DNA of 64,000 bases, from assembly GCF_009914755.1 (NCBI RefSeq), contig NC_060925.1. One strand, 5' to 3'. The stretch is from the human T2T-CHM13v2.0 reference genome, Homo sapiens. Below are positions 27,521-40,996 of the stretch, piece after piece. A program made the translations under genes and the position numbers. The first letter of the stretch is position 1. Every line of letters starts with the position of its first letter. The notes under the pieces are model-generated. The model was not told where the DNA came from. It was given only the letters and a program-made list of their open reading frames with translations, and did no database searches.

Positions 27521-28406
27521 CTGGTGGGAAGACATAACACAGTCAGCTATTCTCATGTCACAGTTAACACTCCATCTGTTGTTGCTGCCTTTAACTGAAA
27601 TCTACCCAGATTTTAAGATAATTAACACTGCCTGAAAACAGGGTTTCTTAACTGTTAGAAGTCTATAGATAGACTTCAGGGTGTCTAAGCCTGTCTGAAA
27701 TTTTACACAATTTTGTGCAAATGTGCACTTTTTCAGGAGTCGTTTCCATCAGTTTTTCAAAGGCAAAAGCTCCCACAATTAAAATAATCACCAACAGATC
27801 CAAAAAATATTAAGCAAAAAAAAAAAAAAAAGATATGTATTAAATAGCACAACACTGTTAATTTAAAAAAAAAAACCAGAATTATATTGTTCATAGATTC
27901 ACATATCTGTAAATCAGGTAGGGAAGAAGGACTGGAAGATGGAGTCCACAGCTGGGGGCGGCTCTGCTGGAAGGGGAAGGTTGGATTGAGGATGAGCCAC
28001 ACAGGCACCATGATGGAGAGCTGAGAGCAGCCCACCCACACTCCTGAGGTTTAACAACACACGTGGTTCAGAGTTGTAGTATTCCAGGACCAGGAACACA
28101 CAAAAGAGATTGGGGATGAAACCCTCTACAATTAACGAAATGATTTTGATGGATGAAGTGCCATTTACCTCCCTCTGGGGCCCTGATGGGTAGCTGGCTG
28201 GGCTGGACCTGGAGGTCTGGACCTTGGCTGAACAGAAGACTAATAACATTCTCTTCCACTAATTATTTCTTTTTGACATATAAGAAAACTTAATTTGAAA
28301 GAACCATTTCTTAACAATACTCTTCATGCCAAACATAACTCGTAACAAAAAGCAATTTTCCTCAAACAGGAGGGAAAAAAATGGCTTTAGAATAACAAGT
28401 ACATAC

Positions 28407-28528
28407 CTCTAACAGGTAAGGTTTCCCTTCAGACATGAACAACAAGGCTTCTACCTCCTCATGGAGGGGCAACAGAGGGCTTGAGGGAGCAATGCTAATG
28501 GGTGGTCGTTGCTTAAATATGCCAGGAG
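28407..28528 (-). CDS. USP24: USP24 exon 60
   Basis: 122 bp; PGIFKQRPPISIAPSSPLLPLHEEVEALLFMSEGKPYLLE. Confidence 0.94.
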
Positions 28529-28619
28529 CTTTAGGAGACCAAAGAAACAAAACAGAACCTGTCTCACCTGGTGTTACTCCACAAAATACACATCCATAAG
28601 AAAATGTGCCTCCTTCAAG

Positions 28620-28831
28620 ACTCGCACACACACTGAGTACTCTCACAGAGTACTCACACACTGAGTACTCACACACTGAGTACTCGCAGAGTACTTGCAC
28701 ACACAGTACTGACACACAGAGTACTCGTGCACACTGAGCACTCACACACAGTACTCGCACACACAGAGAACTCGCACACAGAGTACTCGCACACACACTG
28801 AGTACTCACAAACACACTGAGTACTCACACA
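28620..28831. repeat. Minisatellite of ~13 units (11-19 bp), consensus ACTC(G/A)CACACA(CT)GAGT
   Basis: Read directly; most unit junctions form the palindrome (G)AGTACT(C). Confidence 0.92.
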
Positions 28832-30190
28832 GCGGATCCCTCACAGTCTAGGGGGGATACCTAGTGATTCCCACTCCATAATCTTTCAAAGAGGTAAAAA
28901 TATAAATAGTTTATGAAATACTGCCGAAAGCTGCCACTGAAGATACAGTGGAGAAGACACTTCTGTTCCTCAAACAACTGTTCTCAAATAATGGCTAACA
29001 CCACCTATGCTAAGCAGAATCAACCCATATAGAAGGAGTTATTTCATTTGCTAGAAAAACCAGAATGCATACTTTAATTTTCGTTACAAAATTGTCTGAA
29101 CTCACAAAATTAGGTAGCTTTGTCTTTTTAGATGAGTTGGAGTTTAGTAAGCAGACTCTGCCTTATAACACAACCACCTGAGTGTTCCTCCAATGTCCCT
29201 TTAGAGAGTCAATAAGCATTTCTCTATCAGAAGGATGCTCTGTGTTTTTATTTAGTTTCCTGCCATTAGATCTTCCTAGTAGCTTCTGGGTCTGAGTTTG
29301 CATTCATGCCTTGGCTTCTATGCCACTAACTAGCTGTATGACCTTGTGGAGGTTACTAAACCTTTCTGTGCCTTAGTTTTTGCATCCATAGACAGGATGA
29401 ATACTCCTCATAGGTTTGTTACGGGGATCAAACACAGTAAGTTTAAAGCACTGTGTGCTTTAAACACAATAAATTTAAAGCACAGCACACAGAAAACACT
29501 GAAAAGCTGGTTTGTTGTATTATTACTATGGTTGTTGTCACTATCATGACAAGACCCAGGAAGAGTATAAAAACAGTACACACATAAGTTAGGACACTGG
29601 ATAATCATATAGGACAATTTGTGGTTTTGCTGTATTGGATGATGACTGTGTTATTAGTTCTGGGAGACAAAATGGAAAATGCTACCAACTGTATCTTACA
29701 TTCAAATATATTTCAATGATGTAATTTATATCTGCATCCCCTTTGTTTTTACAAAGTACTTTATCTCATTATCTCATTATACCTGGGGAATTATGTTTTG
29801 AGTATTTTCATTTTGCACTGAAGATCAGAACGGTCAGGTTCACGAAACTAGGAGACTCCAGCCCACACCATGGCTATTTTCCACACAGTAGTGGTTCAAA
29901 TTAAGGTGATAAATGAGCTCTGAATTAGCTTTTAATCCTAAAGAGTTGTTTTAAAAAAAATACTTATATACCCTCTCACCTCTCCCAAATGAATGATGAC
30001 TCACTTTCTCTTATGGCAAACTAGTAAAATATTATAAAGTTTAACATGAATTAAAACAAAAATTTTAAGTGCACCTCAACTAGCAAGTAGCCGAATGAGA
30101 AACAAGAGACATTCATTTACTTGCTAATATAATTACTCTCCAAGCTAGACAAATTCAGTATCTCTTCATTCTAAGATATGTTAAGCTTAC

Positions 30191-30293
30191 CAACATTCCT
30201 TTGGGATGAGACATCTGAATGCAAAACAAGTAACGCCACTGTATTGTGAAGATTCCCAAATTCTCGTGCTTGTGCTGAACTCCATCGACGTAT
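30191..30293 (-). CDS. USP24: USP24 exon 59
   Basis: 103 bp; IRRWSSAQAREFGNLHNTVALLVLHSDVSSQRNV. Confidence 0.95.
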
Positions 30294-31418
30294 CTGTCAT
30301 CAGGGAAGATAAAGTGGCTGTTAGTGTTGTCGTCAGAAATAATATGAAGAGGAAGGGACAGGGTTTGCTGGTTCATAATATTCTGGGCTTTAATTATTTC
30401 TCAGTGCTTGACAGAAGAGGTCAAGGTACAAAAAAATCACAGGTTTTAAGCCAGCTCAAAGGGTTATATTAACTCATATTCTAAAACCAGTCCCTTTATG
30501 GATTCACTGTAGGTACTGAGTGCTTACAACGTGCCTCAGTATAATGGGAAAAACTCTGAGGCTGGAGATCTGCAGGTCTGGCCCTGCCTCTACCACTCAC
30601 TGTGCCGCGTAATGTGAGTGAGTTCTTCACCACAACAGTATCTTGAGTTCTTCATGTACTGGCAGAGGTAAGGCTACCTGCCACCTCCCTATTCTGCCTA
30701 CTTTGTGATTTTGAGGACTAAATGAAATATTAAAAGTGAAAATGTTTTCAAAAGTAGAAATGTGCTCCACAAATGCAAAATAGTATTAATTATACATGCA
30801 GCTGAATTATAGTGAATTTAAACTAATTGCTAGTGACAATGGGGCCTTGGATATGGAAGAGTTTGAAGTGGAAAAGGGATATTGTAAATTTCAACATAGT
30901 ATCCACACACAGAGCACGTGATGCTGTCAGTACTTGTTTTTTTAACACTAAAGAGAAAGCTGAGAGGAAGCCTAAGTCGAAAATCTGTCTCCCTTAGCAG
31001 GAAAGGAAAAATGCCTGTGTAATGTGTTTACACACAGGGGAAAAGACTCTGGCTTTGACACCAGCAGAGCTGGGTCTGAATCCCTGCTCCACCAATGCAT
31101 TAGCTTTGTGACCTTGGACAACTTACTTAACATCTCTGAGCTTTACTCCTTGCCTGAGAATGGGGATGAAGCTGCTTAATTTTGATGAACTGTGAGTATC
31201 AAAAGTATACCACAATAAAGTGACCAGTCGTATCAAGTACATAATAAGTACTCCATAAATAGTACTTATTACCACTGCATGTTAGCATTTCATGTATTTT
31301 GAATCTATCAAATAAAAGAAATACGATGGATGGGAGAAACACTGCAATAAAGCAATTTCAAACAGGAGAGTTGGTTTTGGACATATTCAACACTATTCTA
31401 ACAAAACAACCTCGGTAA

Positions 31419-31700
31419 GCCGAGGTGGGCAGATCACTTGAGCCCAGGAGTTTGAGACCAGTTTGGGCAACATGGTGAAATCCTGTTTCTATACAAAATA
31501 CAAAGTTAGCCAGGCACGGTGGCATGTGCCTATAGTCCCAGCTACCAGGGGGCTGAGGAGGGAGGATCACTGAAACCCAGAAGGTCTAGGCTGCAGTGAC
31601 CCCTGATTACACCACTGTGCTCCAATCTGGGTGACAGCAAACCTGGTGACAGAGTGAGACCTTGTCTCAAACAGACAACAAACAAAAAAACCCAAACAAC
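31419..31700 (+). mobile_element. 5'-truncated AluJ-like
   Basis: Starts at GCCGAGGTGGGCAGATCACTTGAGCCC; small internal duplication CTGG(G)TGACAG near the 3' end. Confidence 0.88.
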
Positions 31701-32140
31701 TTCCTTTTCATTTGAACAAGAGTATTATATCTGCACTATCATTCAGTTTATAACAGCACAACTTTGCATTTGGATTCTGGCTGTGTTTTCAGCATCTGAC
31801 TTAAAAGAACCACCACCAAGACAGCCTTGTTCACAGCCCCAGAGAGGAAGTAGAAGACCCCAATACCACCTATTCCCTAAAGGTTTTTGAAACCCCCTCC
31901 CCAGTCAGAATCCACCTTTCCCTCTTATGACTTTGTCACTAGTTAGTAATTTCCATGGGTTATTAGACTAAATTGTATGAAGAAGTTGTAAAGATAATTT
32001 AACTCCAAAGAATTTTCAAGTCTCTATGGTACTACTACTTAGACTTTTATGAAATTAAAAACATTTATCACCTACAAAAAGAAACACAGCGGCTATGAAA
32101 ACCATAGCTATTCCACTAGGGATATAAAAGTAGTCCTTAC

Positions 32141-32233
32141 CTGATTGTTTTGCCGACTGGCCCCTAGGAGGAAGCTGATCATGTGCCGCAGAGCTGAATG
32201 CCTCAGAAGAAGATCTCCAGCCCTAATTCCTTG
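32141..32233 (-). CDS. USP24: USP24 exon 58
   Basis: 93 bp; QGIRAGDLLLRHSALRHMISFLLGASRQNNQ. Confidence 0.95.
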
Positions 32234-32640
32234 CTGTCACAAGATATTGAGAATAACAAATTATATTTCTATCCAGACAAAAATTGGTTTTAAAAACACA
32301 GCTAAATGGAAAGTTTTAAGGAGTCAATATATTTTTTAAGAATATTATTTCCATATAGAAAGTACTTGTTAAAATCTAATTAAAAAAACTCCTGAGCCTC
32401 ACATTGCTTCACAATAACTACTAAACAATTAACCCCTAGTTTTAATGCAGACTTCTACTGCTATCAATGAGTAACTATACCCACCTCATCAGAATTCTTA
32501 CAAGTAATATAATTCACAAGATTTTTAGGAAGAAACATCATAAAAAACATACCATATAGAACTTTACTATCCAGTCTAAAAATTTTTTAGAGTATAAATC
32601 TTCTGTATTAGGAAAAGATATTAGGAAAAAAATTATTTAC

Positions 32641-32757
32641 CTTTTGTACAAAAGTGTTGAACAGGAAAAAGTACTGAGCACAGTTTTTACAATTTTCTGG
32701 GACGTCTTTGTCCAACAGAGCAAGTAGTACCTCCAGTAACTGATGAAGGCTTTTTAA
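32641..32757 (-). CDS. USP24: USP24 exon 57
   Basis: 117 bp; LKSLHQLLEVLLALLDKDVPENCKNCAQYFFLFNTFVQK. Confidence 0.95.
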
Positions 32758-34810
32758 CTGGTTAGAGGAAAGATAAAATTACATGAAGAAAAAGAACGTA
32801 AGACAGACATTTATAACAGGATTAATTTGAGGTAAACCACCATAAGAACAAAAGGAAAGTCTGATACAATCCAGTCTCAGATTCAGATGGACTTATGCTT
32901 TGAAGAGCAAAAACAGAATTATCCATTTTACCTTCCAGAGAAAGATTGGTACCATAGCAATAATTAAAAGAAAAGCTTAGTTTCAGTTCCTAGATTTCAG
33001 AGTCAAGGGCATCAATTCTACCGCTGAGTCACATTTTCTCCAGAGCCAGTATCTCTCTGTCTCTTAAAAAAAGGTGGGGTGTTTAGGGAAGACATTTCTG
33101 AATCCCTCCCTCCACTACGTTACTTCTTCACATAATCACAGATGCAAAGAATAAAAAACACAGACACAGGCATAGGGGCTGGAAACCAAGCCGATGGAGC
33201 AAATGGATAGCAACAGCCTGACAGAATGACAACGGTGATATCGACTCAGCCGTGAACTTACTTGAGAGCCCGCTGACGCCTCATGGAAAGCTTTGAAAAA
33301 CATTTTATTTGTTTAGAAACCATTTTGGTTATGACATTGCTTCTTCTTTCCCTCCCACCCCAACTGTTTTTGGACAAGTCCCTAGAAATTCATCTGTGAT
33401 CTAGATTTAAGACCAGGCTTACTACTCTCATTAGTTCGTTTCCTCTGAAGATGGTATTCATACTTCTGCAATATTCCCATCCATCCTGTCACACCCATTA
33501 TAAATACAGTAAAATTTAGCATTTACATAGCACTTCATTTTCAAAGTACTTTACAAGATAAAGTGGGTGGCAAGAGGCACCATTTCCATTTACGGGGGGA
33601 GGGGGGCAAATAGACATGAAAATCCATCAGCTGGGCATCAGACAGAATTCACTGAGCAAATGGCTTCCAAGTGTATGGCCGCCATTCCCTTCTCTTTCTG
33701 CCGCCTGCTGTCCTGCCTTTAGAGGCTGGTGGGTAATATGCTACGGCCTGACCCCATCTCTAGGGAGGCTGCACTAACTCTGCCTTTATCCTTTGTTTGG
33801 GTTGGTACATGGGAGGAAGGAGGAGAGTGATATGGTCCTTATGTTAAGGATTCTTGATGCATCTTAGAAACTTCCACAGGGAATGGAGCAATGGCATTTG
33901 AACTGTCCTCAGCTGCTCCTGTGGCTTGTATTCTATATTTTGCATCTAGGTAGGATTTTGTTTAAAAAATGGTTCTGCTATTTAAGCTGATCAAAACCAC
34001 TGCCTTACAGTAAACCTCAACTTCCTAATGATTCCCGGAATTGAGATACAGTCTTTGAGGACCTTCCTAAGGGGCATATTTGACTGCCTTGTTCATGGAA
34101 CTAAGTGCTTGGGTGGCAGGCACTGTATCTGGATCAACATCCTCCTTAAAGGACTTGCTCAAAGTTGCACAGCAAAGCCAACATCTGCATTTGAAGCAGT
34201 AATTCCTAGAATCTGTATTTAGTTCATTGAGGCACAATGCCTCCAGCTAATGTTTATAAGAAGCCAATTTGTTGTGAAAATAACATTTTTCAAAGTTTTC
34301 CATGTAGTGTCAGCTGTTTGAAACAGCAATCTTGGGAAGTAACTGCTGTACCTGTAAGGACTTAACGCCCCTGGATGAATAGCACTATTTGGTTTGGTTG
34401 CCAGCTGCAGGTTTAGATCAGGAAAATAGCTTATGAGGAAAAAGACAAAGCCAGAGGTGGCTCAAAATGTCTGCTGGCCTAGATGAGTCTCTAGACACAG
34501 ATTAGTCTCAGTTCAGAGAGATCTAATACAAATTCTTGAGAAAGGACTCTGAAAAGGGAGTGTTTCTAGAGAGAAAATCCCAACGCAGACCAAAGCAGGC
34601 CTGAATTCCTGGCCTACCCTGGTGTTTGGGATGTGAGGAGGAAGGGACAGAATGCCTTCTCCCTGGCATGTACCAAAAATCAGTTCACAGAAGGTGTATT
34701 TATGTGGCAAAATTACCAGACTCCAATCCTAGGCTCTTTCTTATTACCTGCAATTTAAAACATTTGGTAAAAACACAGTGTATAAATAACGTTTTAAAAA
34801 TGAGACCGAC

Positions 34811-34907
34811 CTTATCCTGATAAAACAAGGCACTGTCTAGGGTTTTCTCCAGAATGGTGGCCACAGCAACTCGTACTTCTCTCACATTGCACTCCAGTAA
34901 GAAAATC
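34811..34907 (-). CDS. USP24: USP24 exon 56
   Basis: 97 bp; IFLLECNVREVRVAVATILEKTLDSALFYQDK; donor gtcggt. Confidence 0.95.
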
Positions 34908-35339
34908 CTGAAAAAAAGAGAAAGGTGGTGTGAAAAAGCAAGATACATTTCCACAACCTCAACCTTCCCATGATAGGTCCCATCTAATAGCCAAGAAACA
35001 AAAGTAGAGTCTCCTGACAGTGTTAGCGCTTATGGGCCAAGTGGAGCTTTCCAAGGTCACTTCACTTCTGCTTATTCCTGCTAACTGTAATGCCACATAC
35101 CAGCCAAGGCTCTGTTCAAAATTCACTAAGACTCTATGTGGCAACTATGAGAAAGTTTAAAAGATAAGAAGTACTCCCATAATGTTCAGCTCTAGAGGTA
35201 CAATCAGACTCAGCTGCAATTCTCTTGAAGGGAATACCTAGAGGATGCAAACAGATCCAGAATATGGGGAGCTCTACAGAGCAAACAGTCTACTCCTCAA
35301 ACAAATGGCACAGCATACAAGGGGCAGGGGGACAAAGGA

Positions 35340-35805
35340 ATGACTGATGGTCAGAAGAGCCTTAAGAGACACAGAAAGCAAAGGCCATGTGTGGACCTCA
35401 CTGGATCCTGATTTGTGCAAACTCAATGGTAAAATGACACTTCTGAGACCTTTGGAGGAAATCTGAACATGGACTAGATATAAGGTGATATGAAGGAATT
35501 ATATTAATTTTGTTGGTGTGATAACAGTAAAGTACTTACATTGTTTTTAACTTTGCTGTTAGAGATGAACTTTACCTTCAGATACACGCTGAAAATTTAT
35601 TGTGAAATGATATAATGTCTGCAATTTAAAATACTTCAGAGAGACAAAAAAGCCTGCATGTGGGTATCCTGTGTGAGAGCTGAGATAGCTAAGGCAAGAC
35701 AGGCAAATGTCAACAACTTGCCTGGGGCCTGGGTACAGGAGAGGGCTCATTCTGCCTACTTCTGTGTGTGTTTAAACATTTCCACAATAAAAGGCTCTTT
35801 AAAAA
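35340..35805 (+). mobile_element. Old L1 (L1MC/ME-like) 3' UTR fragment
   Basis: Degenerate L1M 3' motifs ending CCACAATAAAA; boundaries approximate. Confidence 0.6.
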
Positions 35806-36519
35806 TGTAAAGTATCCTTCATGTTAGTAGTCTGAATTCTTTAGATCAATCTGTAAGCAATATTTACTATGAATTAATTTTTTTACAATTATAATTATGT
35901 TTAAAGAATTGCCTTAGAAGACTATACCAAGGGGCTGATCTAAAAGACAATATCTCTTCATGTTTAAAGTTACTAAAATATGAGTATAGTATATATACTT
36001 ATTTTTTAGTTGCAAAAATGACAACCTATCTTAAAAATTATAAAGAAATAAGTAATTAGAAAAAAAGATCATTAATTCTTCAAACACGAAATCATAGCAA
36101 TTGATAGTGATGAGTGATTGGTCTTTATAAAGAAAGAAACAAACTATAATAAACTCCATCAGGAAGAATGTAGAAGTAATTCACTGGGATTCTTGAGCAT
36201 TAGGAATACCAAGAAACCAAACATACTACCCAAAGGACGTTACAGTTTCTCTGGAGATATTTAAAAGCAAGTCTGCTTGGACATAAGGGAATGAATAAAC
36301 TATTTGCATATTTGCCATGTTCCTTCCAAATGGATGATCTTTCTATAACATTCTAATGCTTGCACAATGCTCAGGAGTCCCGTTGGAAAGATATTTTGGA
36401 ATCAAACTAGAAAAATGGTTATCTCTAATGCAAACTCTAAAGGGACAGGCGTACAGCACACAGCACTTCAAAGAAATGCTTACTGATTCTTTTTATGAAT
36501 TATATGGATATATGCATGC

Positions 36520-37680
36520 ATGCCTGAATAAGTATTTGACTGCTTGCTATTTGCCAGCCTCTTTGTGTCTAGTAGGGAATGAACTGAACCTGGCTTCTGC
36601 CCTCAAGAAGCTGAAGTTGTAGTAGAGGAGATGGGCAGAAAAAAGGGAGCAGACTAGCAGGCAACATCCGTTAGACTGGGTGACTGGGAACAGCCTCTCA
36701 GAGCAAATGCTATTCACGCTGATGTCTGAAGGAGAAGCCACTTACTATGCGAAGAGGGGAGGACAGTGTTCCAGATAAGGAATAACAGGTGCAAGGACCT
36801 TGAGGCAGGAAAATAAGCTCGGCAGGTTCAAGGAACCAATGAGCCAGTATGGCTAAAGCCTGACAAGCAGAGAGTGAGTCAAGGAAAGCCTGGAAGGACA
36901 AAAACCAGATCAAGCAAGGCCTTGTGGGTAATGGTGAAAATTCTGGATTTTATTCTGAGAGCAACAGGATTCCGCTGAAGAATTTTTAACCAGAGAGGTA
37001 ATGTGATCTAATTTGTTTGAAAAAGAACAGGTCTGTTGCTGAATGAAATAGATTAGAGGGAAAAGTGCAGATATCAAGTAGGCAAATAAATGTTTGGAGC
37101 TCAGACCTAGAGAGGAAGAGGATCAGGGATCAGCAGTTCTGAAAAGATCTCTAACTTACCAGCAGACTGTGATCGCCTTGTGGGAAGAGACTTGCGTTTC
37201 TGAATTCCCTGTTGTGTGTTTGTTTTGAGAGAAAACAGAGCATATTTGTATGCTGGCAGAAGTGACAGAAGTGATAGAAAATTCTAGAAAGTAAAGATGC
37301 AGGAATTAAGAGTGAGATAATTAAAGGGTCAACTTCCTTGAGAAGGTGTGCACATGTAGAGAGATTCATTTTGAAAGGAGAGAGGATACTTCCTCTACAA
37401 TAAAGAGAGGAAAGGGCAAGCTGGAACAGACTCTGGCAGGCGTGTGGCATCTGTGGTTGGGGTAGGAAATGCTCATTTGCTAATCTGTACTTTCTCAGTG
37501 AAGTCGAGCGGTAAGGAGTGGGCACAGCTGAGGCAGAGTGAAGGAGGAGCCCACTGGGGAATAGAGGAGACAGGACACCAGAGACCACGGCAGTGCTTGC
37601 TGGAACCCCACATAAATGTTGAACTTCCAAGGACAAGAGAAGCTGACTTGATGAGGATGATCAGAAGTAAAGTGTAAACA
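36520..37680 (+). mobile_element. L2 fragments
   Basis: L2-like strings such as GTTCCAGATAAGGAATAACAGGTGCAAGGACCTTGAGGCAGGAA; boundaries approximate. Confidence 0.55.
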
Positions 37681-37771
37681 TTCATAGTGATTGGAGCATT
37701 CTGAATTTCTGCCAGAAAAGCAAATTTTTCTTTTTTAAATTTCAGGTACCTAGGTAGATGTACTATCATAG

Positions 37772-38074
<303 letters not shown>

Positions 38075-38495
38075 TACCGGTAGATTTTTGAAAAATAATT
38101 TTTTAGTCAGAATCCAAACACAGTTAGACAATATTGTGAAATGTGTGGTACTCTGGGATTGTTTCTCTCTTTCCACCAGATTCCGAGTCCCTGAGGGAAG
38201 AGACTTGCGTCTCTGACCCCCTTTGAACCATAGCAGGGGTTTAAGACCCACGTGCCTATGAGTACCTGGCAGGCGATCTGCCTCACAGGCTCTTCTTGTG
38301 GTCACTGAATACTTGCCTGAGATGATTTTGGAGTGACCTGAATTATTTCCTCACTGTTTCAGTGAAGAGAGTTTAAAATAGACTTTAAGCAGAACAATAA
38401 TTTCAAGTTGAAATAAAAAGGGTTATAAGAAACTTCAGCTCTAAATCACTGGAAGAGACACAAATTTCTTTTAATTAAAAAACTCCAACACTTAC

Positions 38496-38609
38496 TTTAT
38501 CAATTCTCGTCCTTCAGAACTAATAAAATATTCAACTAACCACTGACAAGCATCAAAACTTTTTGAAAGCAATGCTTCAATGGTAGCAATCCATTCTTCA
38601 GTATCAACC
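38496..38609 (-). CDS. USP24: USP24 exon 55
   Basis: 114 bp; VDTEEWIATIEALLSKSFDACQWLVEYFISSEGRELI. Confidence 0.95.
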
Positions 38610-39671
38610 CTTTAAAAAAAAGCAGATACAGCAATGTTAGGAGCATAAGCCCAGCCAATGACCTCATGCAGTGCACTCTTGTTGGTTCTTATCCTTTCTA
38701 TCTATGAATGTCTCTCTGTATGTCTCTCGTGGGTAGAGTGGAGGGATAAGAGATACTTAATGACTGCCCACTACCATGGCTCAGTGTACTCTGGAAGTCA
38801 GTGCTTTGCATTCCTTGGCTCCTTGTGGTGTGGCTCATCTTTCCCCACAAACAAAAAAGTGTAAAGAAGCTTAAGTCTTAGACTTTACCTTCCTTCTGCA
38901 TCTTCATCAAACAACTCGAATTAGACAAAAGGCCTGAACTACAGCATTTTTTTCATTAATTTACACTCACAAAATGTCCACTTTCAGAATAGCTTACATT
39001 GACATTTTTATGCTTTATTGCTAAAATCATTAATATCCTACCTTATGGAATAAAAAAAAAATATTCAGGCAGAAAAAAGGTATAATGACTATTCTACCCA
39101 AGCCCTCATAACACCTCCCTTACATCCCCCAATGTCCCAAAATGATCATTGTGTAAAATGGCCATATAAACAAAATGGAAATAGTGGGCCATGTGTAAAG
39201 AGCATGAGCAAATTTCACAAACAAAAGTGACCAATCCTATGCCAGGATAGGCATAGTGACTAATTAGTTAATCCTATGCCAGACATTAAAAGAAAGGGAT
39301 ACATTATTTTTTCTTTTTCAGATAATAAAGACTGAGATCACTTAATATATCTTTGATTATTATACATAAAAATGAAGTTGTCACTATATATTTTTTCTGA
39401 AGAGTTTCTTGACTGCAAAATCTGTCCAAAAACCTCTCCATACTTGGAGAAGCTCACTTTGCTAGTGAGAGGGAAAAGACTGGGAACTTAAGTAGTCTTT
39501 TAACTCTAACTGGTCTCCTCACCCTGGGTCTCCCCTTACTCTAGGTATATTCTACAAACCACTGCTCAATACTCTTCATTCTTCACTCATTTATTCACAG
39601 AACAATGACTTATCCAGAACCTAAAATGTGCAGGCACCTTACCAGGTGCTGAAGATAAAAACCGATGACGA

Positions 39672-39996
<325 letters not shown>

Positions 39997-40020
39997 TCAA
40001 TGTCTGTAAAGTTTCTAAGG

Positions 40021-40323
40021 CAGAGGTCCCCAAGCCCTGGGCCATGGACCAGTACCGGCCTGGGACCCGTTAGGAACAGGGCCCGCACAGCAGGAGGTAA
40101 GTGGTGTGCCAGCGAGCATTACAGCCTGAGCTCCACTTCCTGTCAGATCAGTGGCAGCATTAGATTCTCATAGGAGCATGAACCCTATTGTGAACTGCAC
40201 ACATGAGGGATCTAGGCTGTGCGTTCCCTATGAGAATCTAATTGTCCCCCCAACCCTCCCTTTGGTGGAAAAATTGTCTTCCATGAAACCACTCCCTGTT
40301 GCTAAAAATATTGGAGGCTGTTG
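40021..40323. mobile_element. MER1-type (MER1B-like) hAT-Charlie non-autonomous DNA transposon
   Basis: Termini CAGAGGTCCCCAA ... TTGGAGGCTGTTG; perfect 8-bp TSD TTCTAAGG (40013-40020 / 40324-40331), the hAT TSD length. Confidence 0.85.
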
Positions 40324-40892
40324 TTCTAAGGCATTACTCTGGACATACTTCCCTGTTCAAAAACCTTTCACGATCTCCCACTGAACACAGCCCAAACTCC
40401 CTGCTCTGGCACTAAGGGCACTCAGTGAGTTCTAAACCCAACATTCAGCCTCAGCTCCAGGAGTCTCTCACACGTCCTACTAAAACACAATTAGTCACTC
40501 ATGGTTCCCTAGGCCAAGTCTTGTCTGTTACTCAGGCTTTCCTTTCTGCCTAAAATGAGCCCTCTGTGTTTCTCTGTTTTGCCTTTCGAAACCCTCTGAG
40601 AACATCAGTGTCTTAAAGCCTACTCTAATCTCCTTATCTGGATATGATTTTGCCCAATTCGAAGATGTACAGAATTTATACCTTGGTATAAATTGTCTTT
40701 TTAGGTATTTCTCTTTTGTTTGAGCTATTCTTTCCACTAGGTTAGAAGTTTCTTAAAGCTAGAGACCATGTCTTAGTCCTCTGAATAAAATTAGGTAGCT
40801 GCTTTCACAATATTTTAATTATAAATTCAACTTCAATTGAATTCACCAGTGCCCTCTGTCACAACAGATTATCAAAACATATCACTTCTCAC

Positions 40893-40996
40893 CTGAGTTT
40901 CTTCTTTGTCCGTAGATAAGTTTGAAAAAGGAATTGAATAGCAAGCTGTAAGCTCACCTTTGCCATGCAAGGATAATATGGATGCTTTAATTTAGT
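40893..40996 (-). CDS. USP24: USP24 exon 54
   Basis: 104 bp; TKLKHPYYPCMAKVSLQLAIQFLFQTYLRTKKKL. Confidence 0.95.

Noticed and set aside
28620-28831. CRISPR-like array (palindromic repeat units)
   Set aside because: There are no unique spacers, the units are 11-19 bp degenerate CA-rich copies, there are no cas genes, and the context is a human intron. It is a minisatellite.
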